A DNA stretch of 43,653 nucleotides, from positions 34,094,575 to 34,138,227 of the forward strand of contig NC_069004.1 of the NCBI RefSeq assembly GCF_001194135.2. The letters run 5' to 3'. Both the position numbers and the translations under genes were made by a program. The notes beneath the pieces are model-generated. The model saw only the letters and a program-made list of their open reading frames with translations. It was not told the origin of the DNA and made no database searches. This document shows, in pieces, positions 10,494 to 24,055 of the stretch. Each line of letters begins with the position of its first letter. Within the stretch, counting starts at the first letter, position 1. This stretch comes from Octopus bimaculoides (Eukaryota).

Positions 10494-12039
10494 CTAAGAA
10501 GGTTGTTTTCCAGTTATTGAACATTTATTTCTTTCAAAGTGTTGTCTCGATATTCGTCTAGAAGAATTCCTTTGAAAATTGTTTGGAGATTAGTGGAAGT
10601 CAAGGTGGAAATTATGGCAGGTTAGAGGCAAAGAATTCAAGGAAATTGAGGACGTAATTCTAGTTAAAACAAAAGAAGATAATGAATAATCGAATAAAGA
10701 GATAAGTGTGTCGCCAACATAATTTTCTGTATGTTTATCTATGTCAATTATTGTTCTTTCCATACAAACGAATACTATTTTTGACATTATTGCTATGTAT
10801 AACTCTATTTCAGCCATTTGTGATATGATTAATTATCTTTTGTCTTACTTTACGGTTTATCTTATTGTGTATAATTTCCTATAATTCTTCACACATCCTT
10901 TTATTACTTCGCTACTATTTTCTTATTTCCCTTTTAAATTTTTCCTTAAGTTGTTTCATACGAAATCATATCAACGTATCATTTTCTCATGACGACTTGA
11001 AATTCACAAGAAAACGCCCTCATTTCTTTGGTTTACCTTTCTCATTAAATATACTCTAAAAATAATAACCACTCCTAATAAAGATGTACAAATTCTCGAT
11101 TTTAAGCTATAAATTCGGAATAAGAATGTAGAACCTTCAAGAGAACGTGAAATAATTCCCGTTCAGAACAGTAAAAGTGGAAGCAAATAAAACTATAACT
11201 GATAGAGCGGCGTAAATATCGGGTTAAAAACCTTTTTCGAGAGAAAATGTCGAAGACTGCTTGTGAGACAGCCTCACAGGCAGTCTCCCATTTTCTTTTA
11301 TCCAAGGAGTTCTTTTTAAATCAAAGTTCACACGCTATCATTCATAATTTTGTAATTGTACTTTACATATAAACAAGTACGTAAGTTCACCGTCGGCCAA
11401 TCTCGATCGTGCTTCTGCACATGTTTGCATACATCTGAGTACGATTTATAGAGGAAGACTAAGGGCTGCCAATACATTACAGTTACCCCTCTTTACAATA
11501 TTGATTTTTATTATTTTTTTCTTTTCACGAAAGAGCGCTCTCTGATTTGGGTTAATAGACATTGGTACCGGTGTTGTCATAGACGTTGCTGTCACACTGC
11601 AAAGAGCTGGAAGTGATTCTCCTTAGTTTGTATTAAGAGATTTGTAACATTAGGAATTATTTCCCATAATTGCTAAATTGATAACTATTTGATGCAATTC
11701 ATCCGCTAGTCTTTAGGTGTGGTCATCTTTGATATTTATTGGAAAGTTCAACAACAACTTATTAGATGACTTAGCAATCCGAATATTTACCACGCATTTT
11801 TACAATTATTTGTTTATATCGGGGATAACTTAGTAATTTGTTACACGATCCGTTGCGTTTGTAAGAAAAACACCTTCTTTCCACGTATATTTTACCACTA
11901 TAAATTATCTCTGTGTATGTGTGTGTGGTGGGGGCAGAGTTGGGTAACACTTTTTATTCGAAAAAGAATAAATTCGTTAATTTATTCACTTCTGATTGTA
12001 TCTTGACTATATCTATCTATCTGATATCTAGATTATAAC

Positions 12040-12270
<231 letters not shown>

Positions 12271-12759
12271 AGCTTACCGATGTGTGTTTAATAAATGTTT
12301 GTGTTATAGTGTATATACAAGCACCTATATACACCTGTAACAATCCATACATATCTCCTATACATCCACATATGCACACACATACATATATACACCCCTA
12401 CATGTATGTGCACACTTGCTTATGTTTTCCTATACTTCTAATGATACACAAGCGTAAATCCTCCACAAAAAACAGTTTCAGAATTCTTCAAACATGCCTG
12501 GCTCTTTACCAAATTTAAGCACCAATAAATAGGCATTGATTTTTCTTAATTGATTCCATATTTCTAATTACTTCTATATATTTTGGTGTCTTTTTTTTTT
12601 GAATTGTAATTAGTTCAATATATTTCCACTGTTTCGAATATTTCTTCTATTTTGTTTTTTGTTCTTCCTAGGAAAATCTTCTATTCTTGGTGAATTTTAA
12701 AATCAATATTATTTTCTCCCGCAATTAATTGCACGAAAAAAAAAATATACAAAATTCAG

Positions 12760-13060
12760 TGTTGATGCTGTTGTTGTTTGTTGCTTTGATGGTGGTGGTG
12801 GTGGTGGTGGTGGTTGTGGTGTCGTTGCTGGCGGTGGTTAAAATGGTGGCCGTTGGCTTGTGGTGGGTGATATATCTGTTGCATGTTATGGTGCTGTTGC
12901 GTTGGTGATATGGTTGATTACTTTGTAGTAGTAGTAGTAGTAGTTGTTGTTGTAGTAGTCGACGAAGTAGTAGTAGGAGGAGGCGGAGTAGAACAAGTAG
13001 TAGAAGTAGGAGAGGGATCATTAATAGTAGTAGTAGTTGCTGTTGTTTTTGTTGTTGCTT
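12760..13060. repeat. Mosaic trinucleotide tract (GGT/GTT/GTA)
   Basis: Direct inspection. Confidence 0.85.
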
Positions 13061-13782
13061 AACGTCAGGTGAACTCTGACAGAATAAGATTTTGATCAGC
13101 CGGTATTGCAATCTTAAGAATTCTAGCTTGCAGTTCTCCCACCGTGTGCCATGTCTACAAGCATTATTGACCGCTGAAGTAAAATCTGAAGATCCATGAT
13201 TTTTCCAGGGAAATCTGCAGCGGTGATTTCTCATTTGTCTTCTCGTGGTTTATTCGCAGTTTACTTTGATAGTATCCTGCTTACCTGAGCTCATACCCGA
13301 GGCATAAGGGCTTCTTTTTTAACCTTTAGACAGGACTAGCTTACATCACATCAGGGCTTGTCCAAATACTGGTGGATCTGTGTGACACACCTAAGGGCCG
13401 GCCTGCGTCTCCGTCTTCTATACCTTAACTTCTGCATCTTCACCCACAACTGGGTCCTTTGAGAAATACTACCACTCCGGAACAAAGACGATCTGGAAAT
13501 CGTGTTGACTAAGGGAAACTCCACAGTACTCTACCCGCAAAAGCCCCGAACCCTGGTGCTGAAGCGTCACTACCAGAGAGCATTTTGCCCTTCTCGGCTT
13601 GATGAGCAGCGAAGCCCGGGTAAGCAGCCGGCCACATCAGGTTGCTACTGGGGAAAGTGTCGCAGCATGTGTTTCCCAGATGAGGAGCCCACCACCTGCT
13701 AATGGAAAGGCTGATAATGTTTTTTCGTTGTTATTATTCTTTAACTCCAGGTCATCCTTTTTTAAGCAGACCTATGACCCAA

Positions 13783-14210
13783 GGTGCAGGAGTGGCTGTG
13801 TGTTAAGAAGCTTGCATCCCAGCCACATGGCTTCGGTTTCAGTCCCACTGCGTGGCACATTGGGCAAGTGTCTTCTACTATAGCCTTGGGCCGACCAAAG
13901 CCTTGTGAGTGGATTTGGTAGACGGAAACTGAATGAAGCTTGTCATCTATCTATATATATANNNNNNNNNNGTGTGTGTGTGTGTGTCTTTGTATATGTG
14001 CTTGTCCTCCAACTATCACTTGACAACCAATGTTGGTGTGCTTACATCCCTGTAACCTAGCGGTTGGGTCAAAGAATCGATAGAATAAGTACTAGACTTT
14101 AAAAAATAAGTCCTGGGGGGGGGGCGATTCATTCTACTAAAATGCTTCAAGGCGATGCTCCAGCATGACCGCAGTCAAATGGCTTAAACAAGTAAAAGAA
14201 TAAAAGAAAA
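13783..14210 (+). mobile_element. Full-length family C SINE (tRNA head, CORE-like motif, internal TA/TG microsatellite, 3' tail)
   Basis: A-box TGGCTGTGTG, B-box-like GGTTTCAGTCCC, TTGGGCAAGTG resembling the CORE-SINE CCTTGGGCAAG motif, internal microsatellite with a 10-N gap, tail GCTCCAGCATGACCGCAGTC..AAACAAGTAAAAGAATAAAAGA. Confidence 0.85.
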
Positions 14211-14369
14211 GGTATTCCAACTGTTGCAACCGCTCACTGAATTCAAGATTATAGTTTTGTAATTTGAATGAACTTTGGCTGCTATTTCTAGCGGTTCACG
14301 CAGCCACGTTGGAGACCGCTTCCTATATTCCGTTTTCTGCTCTTGTTCATTTTCTGTTGTTCGTGTTGT

Positions 14370-15300
14370 TGCTGATGTTGCTGTTGTTGACAATGATGAT
14401 GATGATGATGATATTGATGATGACGAAATTGATTAGGATGATGATTAGGATGATGATATTTCTGCTTCTGTCGATGTTGTTTCCGTTGTTCTTGTTATTA
14501 TTGTAGCTTGTTATTTTGTGCTTGATGCTCGTCTTCATGTAATTCTTCAGAGCTCTGTTGCTGATAATGTTGTTTTGATTTGCTACATTGTTGTTCTTGT
14601 TATTGTTGCTGTTACTGTCATCATCATCATTATTACTACTATTGCTGTTGTTGTTTTTGTTGTTGTGTTGTCATTGTTATTATTGTTGCCGGCGTTTAAC
14701 GATGTTTTCAATTTTGATTTTGATGCGGAGCTAGTTTCAATTAATTAAAACGAAACATGAGAATTACAACAAAAACAACAACACCAACACAATTATAATG
14801 ATAATAATTATGATGATGATGATGATGATTTATAAATAAAAAATAAAAGCAAACGAAAAAATTAAGAAAGACAAACGAGAAAAATAGATAAATTAATAAA
14901 TACATGAACCAAACAAAGAAAGAGAACAAGAAGGAAATTTCGAATGGAAAGAAAAAAGAAAGTAAACATGAAAGAAGATGATAGGAAATGTGTGGAAGAT
15001 TGAGTCAATAATGAGTCAGAATGAGGTGAATGAAAGAACGGAGAGAATAAAAAAGGAATAAAAATATTAAAAAAAATAGCGATTTAATGAAGCAAATGAA
15101 AGGAAAAAAAAGTTTAAAATAAGAAATGAAAAAAAAAATGTTTGTCAGAAAGGAAGGAGAAAAAGGAATATGAATGAATGAATAAATAAATGAATGAATG
15201 AGTAAATGAGTGAATGAAAGACTGAATGAACGAAGTTGTAATTGAAAAACAAAACAAAATAAAAAAAAACAAACGAGAATGAAAATCAGGAACATAAATT
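14370..15300. repeat. Trinucleotide mosaic (GAT/GTT) followed by A-rich (GAAA)/(ATGA) low complexity
   Basis: Direct inspection. Confidence 0.8.
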
Positions 15301-15504
15301 GAAATTCAATGCGTATACACACACACAACTCTCAGACTCTGTCTGTCTGTCTGTCTGTCTCTAGATATACACATACCCCGCCACACACACTCCCGCACAC
15401 AGCTCCCTCCCTCTCTCTTTCTCTCTATATACGCACATATAGGTGTGTGTATGCGTATTTATACACATATATATACTTGTGTGTATTTATATGGATATGT
15501 GTTT

Positions 15505-15539
<35 letters not shown>

Positions 15540-16022
15540 CAGACACACAGAGAGGAAATAAAGGGCACATGCCTTTTTATGCGTATGCTTGTATGGGTGT
15601 ATATATATATATATATGTGTGTGTCTATGTATATGCATCTATATATATGTATATGTGCATGTATGTGAGTGTGTATGTATGTACATATGAAGGTTACTAG
15701 AAGGTGTGTGAAATTGTTATAAACAACAAAACAACAAGAATTTTCTGTTGAGAGTCGATGGCTTTAGTTTAGTCAACTTACTTTACCAAAACAGGGTTGA
15801 TTGGGACTTCTATTATCTTAGGAGTTGTAGAAATCACTTAAGGTTCCTTCAGTGTGATTACACACAGTAAAACATGGTTGCAAAACAGACACACACACAC
15901 GTGTATATATATACATATATATATATACATACACACATACATACATATACACACACGCACACACGCGTGTATTATGGGAATATTTTTGTTGAGAAGAAAA
16001 TTTGAAATGAGACAAGAAAATC

Positions 16023-16230
16023 TTTTCTATTCTAGGCACAAGCCCGAAAGTCTTGGGGAGGGTACCGGTCGATTAGATCGACCCCAGTACGCAACTGGTA
16101 CATAATTTATTGACTTCGAAAGGATGAAAGACGAAGTCGATCTCGGCGGAATTCGAACTCAGAACATAAAGACGAAATACCGCTAAGCATTTCGCCCGGC
16201 GTGTTAACCACTCTGCCAGCTCGCCGCCTT
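16023..16230 (-). mobile_element. Full-length family A SINE with a 15-bp target-site duplication
   Basis: Flanked by TGAGACAAGAAAATC (16008-16022) and TGAGACCAGAAAATC (16231-16245); ends CTGCCAGCTCGCCGCCTT. Confidence 0.9.
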
Positions 16231-16349
16231 TGAGACCAGAAAATCAATTTGAAAACTGGTTAATTTTCAGCCGGGGATCATTACAACATGGTTAGTGAAG
16301 CATAAACATCACCACATCAAGAACACTGTATCCCCTTCACAATACCACA

Positions 16350-16770
16350 AATGTACCACTGGTATATTATCACTACCACCCACACTACCACCACCCACAC
16401 TACCATCACCATCACAACCACCACCACCACCACCAACGCCAGTGACAACGCAATTCCACCACCACTAACACCACCACAGACAAGAACTACCACCACCACC
16501 ACAACAAAAAGAACCATTATCACTACCACCACCACCACCATCTACAACAACAACAACCACCACACCCACCACCACCATCAACCAAATGCCACCGCCACCA
16601 CCGGCATCAGCATTATCATCAATAGCAACATTACCCCTACCACTACAAGGCCACCACCATCACCACCACCAACAACGACACCAGTAATAACAGCAGAAGC
16701 AACAAAATAAAACAAACATCAACATCGATATTAGCAACAACAACATTAATAGCAGAAGCAGCAACAACAA
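16350..16770. repeat. Mosaic trinucleotide tract (ACC/AAC/AGC)
   Basis: Direct inspection. Confidence 0.85.
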
Positions 16771-16959
16771 CAATTGAAGGTAAAGAACAGCATGAGGATC
16801 ACAACGTGACATTGTAAAGGAATTTTAATTATGATTCAACAGAAGAAGCGCCGGAGGAGGATGTTCATAAGGGGATGTGTGTAGGGTGAGGTGGGATTGA
16901 AACCTTCATTCTGTATTAGTCTTGTAAAGGAATGAGGAGGGCGGGGGACGAGAGGGAGA

Positions 16960-17820
16960 TAATGTGTGTGTGTGTGTGACGGAGAGAAGGAAAGAGGTAA
17001 AGGTGAGAGAGAAATGGACAGAGAGTGAGAGAGAAAGTGAGCGACAGAGAATGAGAGAGTGAGAGAGAGAGTTTGTGCATGTTTGTTGTATGAAAGAGAG
17101 AGAAACGCCGAGAGAGGAAGAGAGAGAGAGAGAGAGAGTGTGTTTTTGTAAGCGAGAAAGAAAAAGAGAACGATATATGTAAATATACGTATATATATAT
17201 ATATATATATATACGTACGTACATACAAACACACTCATATATATGTACACGCATATATATACATACATATATATACACATATATATACATACATACATAT
17301 ATATACACATACATATATATATATACATATATATACATACATACATATATATACATATATATACGTATATATATATATATATGTGTGTATATATGTATGT
17401 ATATATATATTGTATGTGTGTTCATGTGTGAAAGAGGGAGAGAGTATGTTTATGTGAGAGACTGAGAAAATGAGCGATATATATATATATGTATATATAT
17501 AATATACATATACATATTGTGTCTGTGTTGTGTGAGAGATGAAAAAATGAGGGAAAGGCGAGAGAGAAGAAAAAAATGAAAAGTAGGGAGAAAGAGAGAG
17601 AGGGGGGATGGGCGACAGAAGGATAGACAGAAAGAGAATGAAGTAGTATGTATGAATATGAGAAAGGGGGAGAGAGTGCAAAATGGAGGGCGAAAGTGGG
17701 TGTGTGTGAGAGAGACAGAATGATTGTGTTGTGTGTGTGTGTGAGCGAGAGAGAGAGGGGGGGGAGAAAAGGGTTGAGAGAAAGAAAACGAAAGGGAAGT
17801 AAAAGAATTTGAAAGAAGAA
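16960..17820. repeat. (GA)/(TA)/(CATA) compound microsatellite region
   Basis: Direct inspection. Confidence 0.85.
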
Positions 17821-17889
17821 GTCAACAATGACACACGTCGTCTAAATTATCTTTATTTCCTTCAAATTTTAATAATATTGGTTTCTGAT

Positions 17890-18105
17890 AAGGCGGCGAG
17901 CGGGCATAGACGTTAGCCTTCCGGGCGAAATGCTTAGCGGTATGTCATCTGTCTTTACGTTCTGAGATCAAATTCTGCCGAGATCGACTTTGCCTTTCAT
18001 CTTTTCGAGGTCGATAAACTAAGTACCAGTTGCGTACTGGGATCGTTCTAATCGACTGGCCCCCCCTCCCCCCAAATTTAGGGCCTTGTGCCTAGAGTAG
18101 AAAAG
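17890..18105 (+). mobile_element. Full-length family A SINE with an exact 16-bp TSD, inserted in the tail of an older antisense copy
   Basis: AATATTGGTTTCTGAT at 17874-17889 and 18106-18121. Confidence 0.9.
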
Positions 18106-18290
18106 AATATTGGTTTCTGATTTTGGTACAAGGCCAAACATTTTGAGAGAAAGGGCCAGTCCAAATCGATTACATCAACCCCAGTACATAACTGGTACTT
18201 ATTTTATTGACCCTGAAAGGATGAAAGGCAAAGCTGACCTCAGCGCATTCGAAATCAGACCGAAAAGAGGCGGAGGAAATAGCGCAAGAT
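18106..18290 (-). mobile_element. Older family A SINE (tail variant TGGTTTC..TTTTGGCACAAGG)
   Basis: ATCGATTACATCAACCCCAGT..ACTGGTACTTATTTTATTGACCCTGAAAGGATGAAAGGCAAAG. Confidence 0.8.
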
Positions 18291-18344
18291 GTGTTTTCCG
18301 CTGCCCTTAAAAATTCTAACAGCTCGCAGCATTTATTAACATAC

Positions 18345-18475
18345 AATAATAATAATAATAATTCATTCCCCTAAACGCACAAGGCCTGAAATTTTAGGTG
18401 ATGGGACTAGTCGATAACTTCGACCCCAGTGTTTCACTGGTACTTAATTCATCGACCCCCCCGAAAGGATGAAAA
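18345..18475 (-). mobile_element. Family A SINE 3' fragment
   Basis: (AAT)n..GCACAAGGCCTGAAATTTT..CGACCCCAGTGTTTCACTGGTACTT..CGAAAGGATGAAA. Confidence 0.8.
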
Positions 18476-18949
18476 TATAAGTTTAATAAATATTATTTGT
18501 ATATACCCCTGCTGTTGTAAAAAAAGAACCTCTCAATTCCCAATGTACCAGACAGGGAATGAGATCGAATCTTGAAACCGTTAACTGCAAAACTGATCCA
18601 TTGATGGACTTTTCAATGCATGGAATCAGACTGAAAAGAAAAGGAAAACGAAAGATGGCTGCCGAAGTATTTGCCCATAAAAGCTGATATGTGAAGGAAC
18701 GAGGAAAAGAAAAAGAAATTCAGAGACTTAAAATGTAAAATAAAATTTTCTGTCATGAATTTTGAGTCCATTATGATATTGCAAGCGCAATCGTCATAAA
18801 TATACGGAAGAAGAAAAATTACGAGAAATAATTTATTATATGAAGATTGGCCGTGGTGAGATTGAAAACGTAACGGTTTACGGGAATTTTAAGTACCAAT
18901 TAAGATATTAAGGGCCAATGAAGGGTGCGAGATAAATGCTAAAAGCTAT

Positions 18950-19420
18950 TGTACACACGTACACACGCATAGACAGAAACTCAAATATATCCATACGTAT
19001 ATCTGTGTACGTATAACTATACACATATATACACATATACGTGTATGTGTATTTGTGTTTGTATATATATATATATATATATATACATACATACACGTAC
19101 ATATATGCATACATGCAAACACGTATAGTACTACAGAATATGTGTAGATAGATGCAAACACGAGCAATACATACATACTTATATACATACATACAGACAT
19201 ACACACATATATACACACATACATATATATGTATGTGTGTGTGTATATGCTTGTGATAGTATATAAATATATGCACATATATACATAGATATAAATTGCT
19301 AGTGTTTTAATTAACACACACACACACACACACACGTATATATATATATACATGTACAAATATACACGCATGCGCACAGTTTATGCACATATATACACGC
19401 ATTAGCATATATCCGTCAAC
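18950..19420. repeat. Degenerate (TA)/(CA) microsatellite tract
   Basis: Direct inspection. Confidence 0.85.
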
Positions 19421-19634
19421 AAATATTTTAAATCGTTTGCATAATAATCAGATTAGCCAATGACCTAGCTCTCCCGTAATGTATATTAATAAAACTATGA
19501 CTGTACCTCCGCCACGTAACATCATTTCCCAGCATAATTTATCTTAAATGCAATTAAACTTCATTAAAATGCGTTGCTAGTTTAATTTTTGTTGCCATTT
19601 AAATATTTTCTTATTTTGAAATCCTGCAAAATTA

Positions 19635-19636
<2 letters not shown>

Positions 19637-19675
<39 letters not shown>
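19637..19675. repeat. 39-nt poly(A) run
   Basis: Direct inspection; no parent element identified upstream. Confidence 0.9.
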
Positions 19676-19677
<2 letters not shown>

Positions 19678-20571
19678 AAATAAATAAATGAATGAATAAA
19701 TAAAATGAAATAAAATACGTTGCGAACGAGGGGTATCTCCATTCGCATCGATCTCACCGCGTTGATTCGTAAAGTGATTGATACAGTAGCTGCTTTATTT
19801 CTTTCTATTTTAATTAATAAAAGTTCTACTTTACACAAAAAAAAGAAGAAAAAAAAAAAACAGACGCAAACATTTGCTACAATAGTAATAATAATAATAA
19901 TAATAATGATGATAATAATAATAGATCCAAAAACAAGGAACAAATTCTTGGGAAAAAAATTATTACGAAATAATTTAAACGAAAGAGAGATGACCCCCCC
20001 CCTAAAATGGTGCGAAATACGAGATACGTTAAAAAAAGGATTATATAAAACAAAGGGTATATAAAACTAAATCCAGAATTTCTTGCCTGTCTTCTGTAAA
20101 AGGGAAAACGAAACTAAAAAGAAAATGAAATAATTGAAATAAAACGAAAAAAGTCAATGAATTTTGAAGAAATCACTTAGTTTTATGGAATCCCCGGCGG
20201 ATCTCTGGATACGCTCGGATTCGGTTGAATGGTTCAAAGATTTTTAAAGAATATTTACTGCCAGCATACGCCTCTAATTTACATTTAATTTCAGTTTCTG
20301 CCAAAATTCCCTGCACTTCCGTCTGAACAGCAATTTCCTCTCGTTAATCCTCAAAGTATTTGACTTTCTGGTCCGTCTCGGCCTTCGTTTTCTCGTTCGT
20401 TATACTTAATTTGTTTTTGTTTTACTCGTTCTAAATCTAAAGATAAAACTATCTCTCTCTCTCTCTCTCTGTGAATGTATGTATGTAGCTATCTATGTGT
20501 ATATACGCATGTATGCACACACACACACACATTGAATATATAAATGTGAACACATNNNNNNNNNNACACAT

Positions 20572-20619
<48 letters not shown>

Positions 20620-20644
20620 GTTCGTGTGCGTGTGTGTATGTGTG

Positions 20645-20684
<40 letters not shown>

Positions 20685-20808
20685 CAGTCACTATATCTAT
20701 CCACCTCGCCACCTGCACAATAAGTTTGACATCTTGCATATAATTACATCAAATTGATGACCATCTCATTTCCCTTCATCTGCACTTTACCTTAATCTCT
20801 CACCCCTT

Positions 20809-20845
<37 letters not shown>

Positions 20846-21079
20846 CCTCCCTATGTCTTCGCTAATTCTTATCTCTTGTGTTCACACCTTTTCCCTCTCA
20901 CTACATCTCCCTTACGGAATACGCACAGAAGCTTTTTGTTTTTGTTTTTTAAAACACTGAAGTGACATTATCTTCGATCTTGCTTTCAACGTCGTTCACT
21001 GTTTAGACAAAGAAAAACGAAAAGAAACAACAAATACCACCACCAACACCGTTTCCACTATCATTGCACCTACTACAAG

Positions 21080-21210
21080 TAGTAGTAGTAGTAGTAATAG
21101 TGGAAGGCACAAAGCCTGCAGTTTTAAGAGGAAGATTTTTAGTCGGCGCCAAAGATCCAAATGAAGGAAAGGCAAAGTTGACCTGAATTCGGCGGGATTT
21201 GAACTCATGA
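21080..21210 (-). mobile_element. Degenerate family A SINE fragment with a (TAG)n-converted tail
   Basis: AAGGCACAAAGCCTG..GAAAGGCAAAGTTGACCT..GGCGGGATTTGAACTCA. Confidence 0.65.
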
Positions 21211-21506
21211 AGCAGCAGTAGTAGTAGAAATACTGCCAATACCTTGTAGTCATTCCATTGGCCTACTTCCTATTCTCTCCCTATTCTCTCTCCTTTTTTC
21301 TCTCTTTTCCCCTAGTCTCCATTATCTCGCTTGTTCTCCTCTAAAATCAGATACAAATGAGTTTTTATTTTTAACGTTTGTTCTAATGACCACCATTAAC
21401 GAAATAGGTTTCCCCACCCACTACCGTTCATTTATTTCTTTTCTAACCTATGTCTGATGTTTACGTTTTGTAAATTCAAAACAAACAACCATATCAGTTA
21501 CTAAAT

Positions 21507-21663
21507 ATTGCTTTCAAATTTTGGCACAAGGCCAGCAATTTCGAGGGAGGGGAGGAGGTATTAAGTCGATTACGTCGACCTCAGCACTCTATTGCTACCT
21601 ATTCTATCGACCCTGAAAGGCTGAAAGGAAAAATCAACTGTGGCGGAGTTTGAACTCATGACC
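21507..21663 (-). mobile_element. 5'-truncated family A SINE with a 15-bp TSD
   Basis: TATCAGTTACTAAAT at 21492-21506 and 21664-21678; the element stops just past the B-box. Confidence 0.8.
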
Positions 21664-22943
21664 TATCAGTTACTAAATGTTGAAACCTTCTTGTGTCTTT
21701 CGACCTACCTTGTATAAACACGATTCTGATTTCTTTTGGAAATCACAGATTTCAAAGCTAAAACTTTCCATTATTCAGCAGTTGGAGTTCGATGCTGATA
21801 GTGATACTACTACTCAGCTACGTATCATCATGATAGATTTGCTTAATCCCGAATTATTTTGATTGATAATCCAAGTAGCCAGGTTTCAACCTCGCAGAGC
21901 AAGGAAACCGTTCTGTACACACTGGTGGAGGATCTCAGCCTTGGTCTCCTGCGGATTTATTTTGGACAGCTGTTGTTATGTGTAAGACGAATTCAGCAAT
22001 CGGCTGAGTCCGCATTTAAGATGAATCCCACGCTGCCATTCTTCGACAAGTCAGAACAAGCAGTGTTCTTCTGTCTTGTAGGTATAGCGAAAGGAGTTGT
22101 GTGGTGGACAAGGCGAAAAGGATTGAGTACAGAAACCTTCCTCTTTTGTAGGGGCCTCATCGAAACGAAAGTGAGCGTAGAGACAAAAATGCTCTCCTGC
22201 AGTGGATTTACCAAAAGGTGGATATTACTGGGCAAAAATAAAGCGAATGGAACTACTCCAATGTACACAGGACGCCTGCATTATAAGAGAACAACAACAG
22301 GAAAAAGGCTCAACATATTCATACCATGTTTTCATATCAGGTGATAGTCTTCTTCTTGTTTTCCGGTTCTGTTGCAAGTTTTGTATCTTCTCAGTGTCTG
22401 TTGTTAAGTTTTAGATGGTCTTCAAAGTTTCAAAGACAAAATGGATCTCTCTTTTTTATATCCACCTAGATGTTTACCATTCTCCAAATAATGATCGAGT
22501 TGACTTAAAACGTAGCCACATTCTTCCTTTCGTTAAAATGCTTTGGTATCTTGATGTCTGGGATTCTTTCAGACAAAACCTTCGTAAGACGTCTTCGTTT
22601 CTGAAACGATTATGTTCCAAATTTTATTAAATTTGTGGTCAAACAGTCCGAAAAATTATAAACTTATTCACAGCATATTATCTCATATTTTGTCAGGAAT
22701 AAGACACCTTATAACCTTTGAAGATTAAAATGATCGAATAATAATGTTGTTAAATACAGGAAAATGTTTTCCTCGAAAGGAAGAATTTAATTGTCCGAAA
22801 ACTTATCTTATTAGCAGCAAATTCGATGTATTTAGATAACCAATAATTTCTTCGAATTGAATTATGTACCAGAGTTAAAGAGAGACAGAAAGGAAAAGAA
22901 GAAAAAGGTAGAGGTAATTGGTGCTGAAGAAATAAATAAATAT

Positions 22944-23134
22944 CTTTTGCGTGTTATAGTCATTCTACTGCGGCCATGCTGGGGCCTTGAAGAATTTTCA
23001 GTCGAATGAATCGACCGCAATTATTTTTCTTTTTCAAAGCCTGGTACTTAATTTAGTCATCCCTCTTGCAAAAGCGCTAGCTTACAGAGACGGACGTAAA
23101 CACACCAACACTGGTATGTATGTATGTGTATATA

Positions 23135-23167
<33 letters not shown>

Positions 23168-23349
23168 CTATCTATAAACAAATACGACGGGCTTCTTTCA
23201 ATTTCCATTTATTAAATCCACTTACAAAGCTTTGATCCTACCAGATGCTATAGTAGAAGACACTTGCCCTTGGTGCCACGCTGTGGGACTGAACCCGGAA
23301 CCATGTAGTTGGGAAGCAAGCTATTGACCACACACCCCACCTGCGCCTA
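22944..23349 (-). mobile_element. Full-length family C SINE
   Basis: Tail CTGCGGCCATGCTGGGG, internal (TATG)n, head GAAGACACTTGCCC..GTGCCACG..GTGGGACTGAACCCGGAACCATG..ACCACAC..CCTGCGCC. Confidence 0.85.
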
Positions 23350-24055
23350 AATAGGGTTTGATTAGGTTAAGTGGCAGAAACATATTTGCAATTGCGAGTG
23401 TTGGTCTGCATGAACTAACCTCGAAGATTTCCCAGTTTATCAGAACCCATATTCCATCGAACAGGGAATCGAATTGAGCTGAAACAGACGACTACAGCCA
23501 TACAAGCACGCAACTAATATATGGTTTACAAAGATCCGTAATCACACAACTAATTCTGGCATTCTGTCAACGGAATTTCGCGTATGATTGATTAACTTGC
23601 AACATTGCAAATTTCAAATCTTTCGTTAAACACAGACGAGAACGCTAGGAAAATTCCCTCGAAAAATCTTAAGGAATCTTTGAAATAATGGTTTTACGCT
23701 TGGCTTTTGCGAAAGAACGAGGAAGTTCTCTTCTCTGGCACTCAACTTGTGTGATATGGGGGGGAGGGCGCTAACCTGCCTTTAATAAAACTCTGTCATT
23801 TAAATAAAATCGGAAAGATACATTGGATAATGTTGAAGACCAACGTATACGTAAAGATGTGTTGTTCTTCACAAGCAAACCACGGGATCTGGTGGTTTCG
23901 GCGCTGGAGATGGCGGGGTTTATCGCATCGCTAGTAATATAAACAAACAAGCATGCATTCTGCACCAAAACCCTTTATGGGAGTTTCTCTCGTGCTATCT
24001 ACCGCAGTAAAGTTTGTCCTAAAAGAACATCCACGTTTAAGTGGGAATAAGTATT

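Noticed and set aside
13542-13571. Minus-strand SDASAPGFGA resembling the DIRS RNase H DAS..GFG motif
   Set aside because: The downstream RNase H motifs (ELxA, DN, ADxLSR) are absent; it is too short to call.
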